Position numbers and translations under genes: made by a program. Source: Fistulifera solaris (lineage: Eukaryota). Taken from it: DNA of 64,000 nt. How positions within the stretch are numbered: position 1 is the first letter of the stretch; each line of letters starts with the position of its first letter. The notes under the pieces were generated by a model, which made no database searches, was not told where the DNA came from, and saw nothing but the letters and a program-made list of their open reading frames with translations. Of this stretch, positions 61,414 through 64,000 are shown piece by piece. The stretch covers positions 558,001 to 622,000 of the forward strand of contig AP026129.1 in NCBI GenBank assembly GCA_030295235.1, read 5' to 3'.

Positions 61414-62215
61414 ATGACTAAGCTTTCGGTAAGTCTTTGTGTCTCGGAGTTTGTGATTGGCGCATGCGGAGCAGTTCGCCTGACGTTATCTTTCGATTTT
61501 CCCTATAGGCCGTTCAAGAGACTTACAAAAGAATGCACTTGCCTTGATTGCCGCGAGTCCTGCAACTGCGCAGACTTTAGCAGCAACGTACCAAAAGCAT
61601 TTCTCGACAACTGTGGCGGGGGCTCGGGCCAAGTATGCATCCTTGGCGGGTTCGGTCAACTCGGAATTAGATCAAACGATCGAAACGACCATCGATGCCG
61701 TAGATGCCGTCATGGACGATTTGAATACTTTGATGCGCTACATTAGTCTCACTATTCCTAAAATGGAAGATGGTGGCAATTGGGGTGTTTCCATTCAATT
61801 GGAAGCCATTAAAGCGATGCAGGATGCGCAAGATAAGCTGACCAAAGCGGCCGAAGAAGTCTCCAAGTACGCGAGCAGTCGTGCCGATGTTTTGGAAAAG
61901 TGCAAGTTTCCTTCGCAAACTATCAGTGTCACAAGCACCGACGGAACAAGCAATACGACCGAAAAGGGAGACGCGAAAGAAACCAGAAAGACTACGGAAA
62001 CGAAGGAAACTACCACGTCCTTGTCGCCGGTCGAAGCGAACTATCGTCAGGCGGCAGTGGTAGCCTGTGATGTATTGTATTATGGAAAAGCCAAGGGCCT
62101 CTTCCAGTTGTGTCTGAGCTCGTATTTGAATGCGATGGACTTTTGTGACAAGAATGCGGAGAAAATTGAGAAACCCAAGGGATCAACCGGCTCGGGTCCT
62201 TCTTCCATGTATTAG
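61414..62215 (+). CDS. Proteasome activator PA28/11S regulator (intron 61429-61508; frameshift at ~61530)
   Basis: YISLTIPKMEDGGNWGVSIQ, Y..SRAD...K, YRQAAV..D, KNAEKIEKPKG, C-terminal SMY. Confidence 0.88.
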
Positions 62216-62322
62216 ACTAATAAATAGATAGTGAGCGAAATCATTCAAAGAAGAATATCATAGATCGTGTCTTGCAACCTAAGTTAACGTGTCGTTATGT
62301 TTACGGGCATAGGTGTCAACAA

Positions 62323-62925
62323 TTAATGCTGTGGAGAACCATCTTCGTTTTCTCCAAGTGACATCATCCAATAAAGCCCTGCCGTCGCCGTCACTCCCAC
62401 GCCAGCGACCCAAAACGAAAAACGCCGATTCTTTCTAACCGTTGCCATACGCTGTTGAAGTGATATGAGATGAGACAGTGCGCCGGCCGTTTGATGCATG
62501 GTCTCAAGAGTCGTGTCGCGAATTTGCAGAATGCCCTCTTCTTGCTGGTTCACCACCGTTGCAAGATCTCTTTGGATTTCATTCATGTATCTCATAGAAT
62601 GGTTGATTTCTCGGATATCCTGTTCTCGCTCTTGCAAGACAGCGTGCTGAAAATCCACTGCAGTGAGACCGCGCTGTTCTTCAATTTCCACCACAAAGTC
62701 GTCGTTCACTTTGTACTCTTCGCCATCGTAAAGAGACGCGTTGGCAAAGAGTAAATCGTCACTGCGGTACGTGATACACAAAGGGATGCCTTCTTCCACG
62801 TCTTCTTCTTCTTCGACCACTCGCGTTTGTGGCAGTCGGAGTGCTTTCCTCCAGTTCCATTTCTTTTTCGTCGGTGAGTCGAGGAATGGTCGATTTGCGG
62901 CAAGATCAAAGGCGCTTTCATCCAT
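62323..62925 (-). CDS. Syntaxin-like t-SNARE with C-terminal TM
   Basis: LQEREQDIREINHSM...NEIQRDLATVVNQQEEGI (Qa-type SNARE motif) followed by basic residues and a TM helix; no clear Habc domain. Confidence 0.82.
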   Translation of the reverse strand: MDESAFDLAANRPFLDSPTKKKWNWRKALRLPQTRVVEEEEDVEEGIPLCITYRSDDLLFANASLYDGEEYKVNDDFVVEIEEQRGLTAVDFQHAVLQEREQDIREINHSMRYMNEIQRDLATVVNQQEEGILQIRDTTLETMHQTAGALSHLISLQQRMATVRKNRRFSFWVAGVGVTATAGLYWMMSLGENEDGSPQH

Positions 62926-64000
62926 GATGCTTGAATTGTTCTTTTTTTATTGTTGGAATGGTTCGTTTTTGTGATAATTTCTGCTTTGTGAGACGACGAC
63001 GAAGAAGAAGAAGAAAGCTCGTGTGATGCCGACGGGAGGGTTTGGTCCCGAATCATATCAGCCACGTCGTGCGTGACAACTGTGTTGAGTGGGCCGTACC
63101 GGTACTCGATTTCAAGTTGACCTTCAACCAAAAGCAAAAAAGTGTGAATCAAATGAAAGATGGGAGTCCACGGTGGGAATTTATTCATTCATTCACAGAA
63201 TATTATTTGTTCTTCACTCTCGATAGACAACATGATTGGAGAAATAGTATTCTGACGTGTTGAACATCAACAGAAGTGCGAGAGATCGAAGGAGGCGTGT
63301 TTAACTGAAATAGGAGCGCTTCTTACGTCAAAAGTCATATCTCTCGTTGTTTCGAAAAAAAAGAAAACCATATACAAATATTGCAAGACACTTTGTTACA
63401 AAGCCTGCGAGGTCTCTACCAGGCATCGTACAAGAAGAGTTTCATTATTGTTCCAAAATAATCTCGGCCATGTTGATGTTGCGTCGAAACAAAATCGAAT
63501 TCCCTGTTCTGAAACCCGATCTCTTCATGGTGATGTCGATCATAGTGTCTCAGATATCTTCTGGGAAGCGAGTAGTCATTGGACGGCTATCTTATCTGCC
63601 ACGATGCTGCCCGTCGCATTGATGGATGCGGTCACGACAGGATGACCAATTTTCTTTTCTTTCGGCGGAATGTGCAATCTTGTAAAGAGATCCGTTTCAC
63701 GATTCACTGTCGTACCGAAGCACTGAGTTTTAAGTAAAAATAAATTGCGGATTTATCTCCTGAATTTGAAAACCAGTGCTATTATATTGTTCCGTTGAAG
63801 TACTGCTGAACGTATAATGCACCGTCATACAGTCATGTTTATACATTTCGCGGTTTCGCGCAAAAAGAGGCGGCGGAGTCATGAAGACGAACGGATGACA
63901 ACCAAAACGACACTTGATGGTCGAAGACAAAGCCGTCGCAATTGTCACTATCATTACCTCTGATTGATATCCGCGGTCCTGCCTAGCCTGTCTCATCTTT

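Noticed and set aside
1434..62215. Widespread programmed frameshifting or mass pseudogenisation of host genes (LRR, beta-helix protein, TruA, WRAP53, AATF, FRE, MRD1, PA28)
   Set aside because: The breaks are single-base indels, often in homopolymers, in otherwise well-conserved and partly essential genes without nonsense substitutions. Uncorrected long-read error is the simplest explanation.
63300..64000. Gene at the right edge of the window
   Set aside because: Stops in all frames and no motif recognised; at most a decayed fragment.

Overview
Gene-dense eukaryotic nuclear DNA, almost certainly from a (pennate) diatom. Evidence: short GT-AG introns, an IDI-squalene synthase fusion, a bipartite ASAFAP-type plastid presequence and CoDi-like Ty1/copia retrotransposons. 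About 27 host genes can be called, including a cis-prenyltransferase (partial), two LRR membrane proteins, an AAA_33 kinase pair, a beta-helix glycoside hydrolase-like protein, ShKT-GPx, an FkbM methyltransferase pair, TruA, WRAP53, a KCTD/BTB protein, AATF, a ferric reductase/NOX, IDI-SQS, PDK, MRD1, CNOT9, PRP4 kinase, NDUFS6, plastid RimP, PA28 and a syntaxin. A gene-free island at about 11.1-26.5 kb holds two convergent copia elements. One is complete and very young: 451-bp LTRs identical by eye, ATCGG target duplication, non-canonical TG...GA ends, a half-tRNA-type PBS, a stem-loop at the gag/pol junction and an unexplained hydrophobic region before the protease. The other has no matching LTR pair. 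Also present: a ~190-bp MITE-like element, a degenerate ~34-bp repeat array in a divergent promoter, two recurrent intergenic motifs, and a junction where two divergent genes abut with both 5' ends missing. Many essential genes carry single-base frameshifts, often at homopolymers, which points to unpolished assembly errors. Coordinates of frameshifted genes are therefore approximate. All calls were made by eye from motifs, with no database search.
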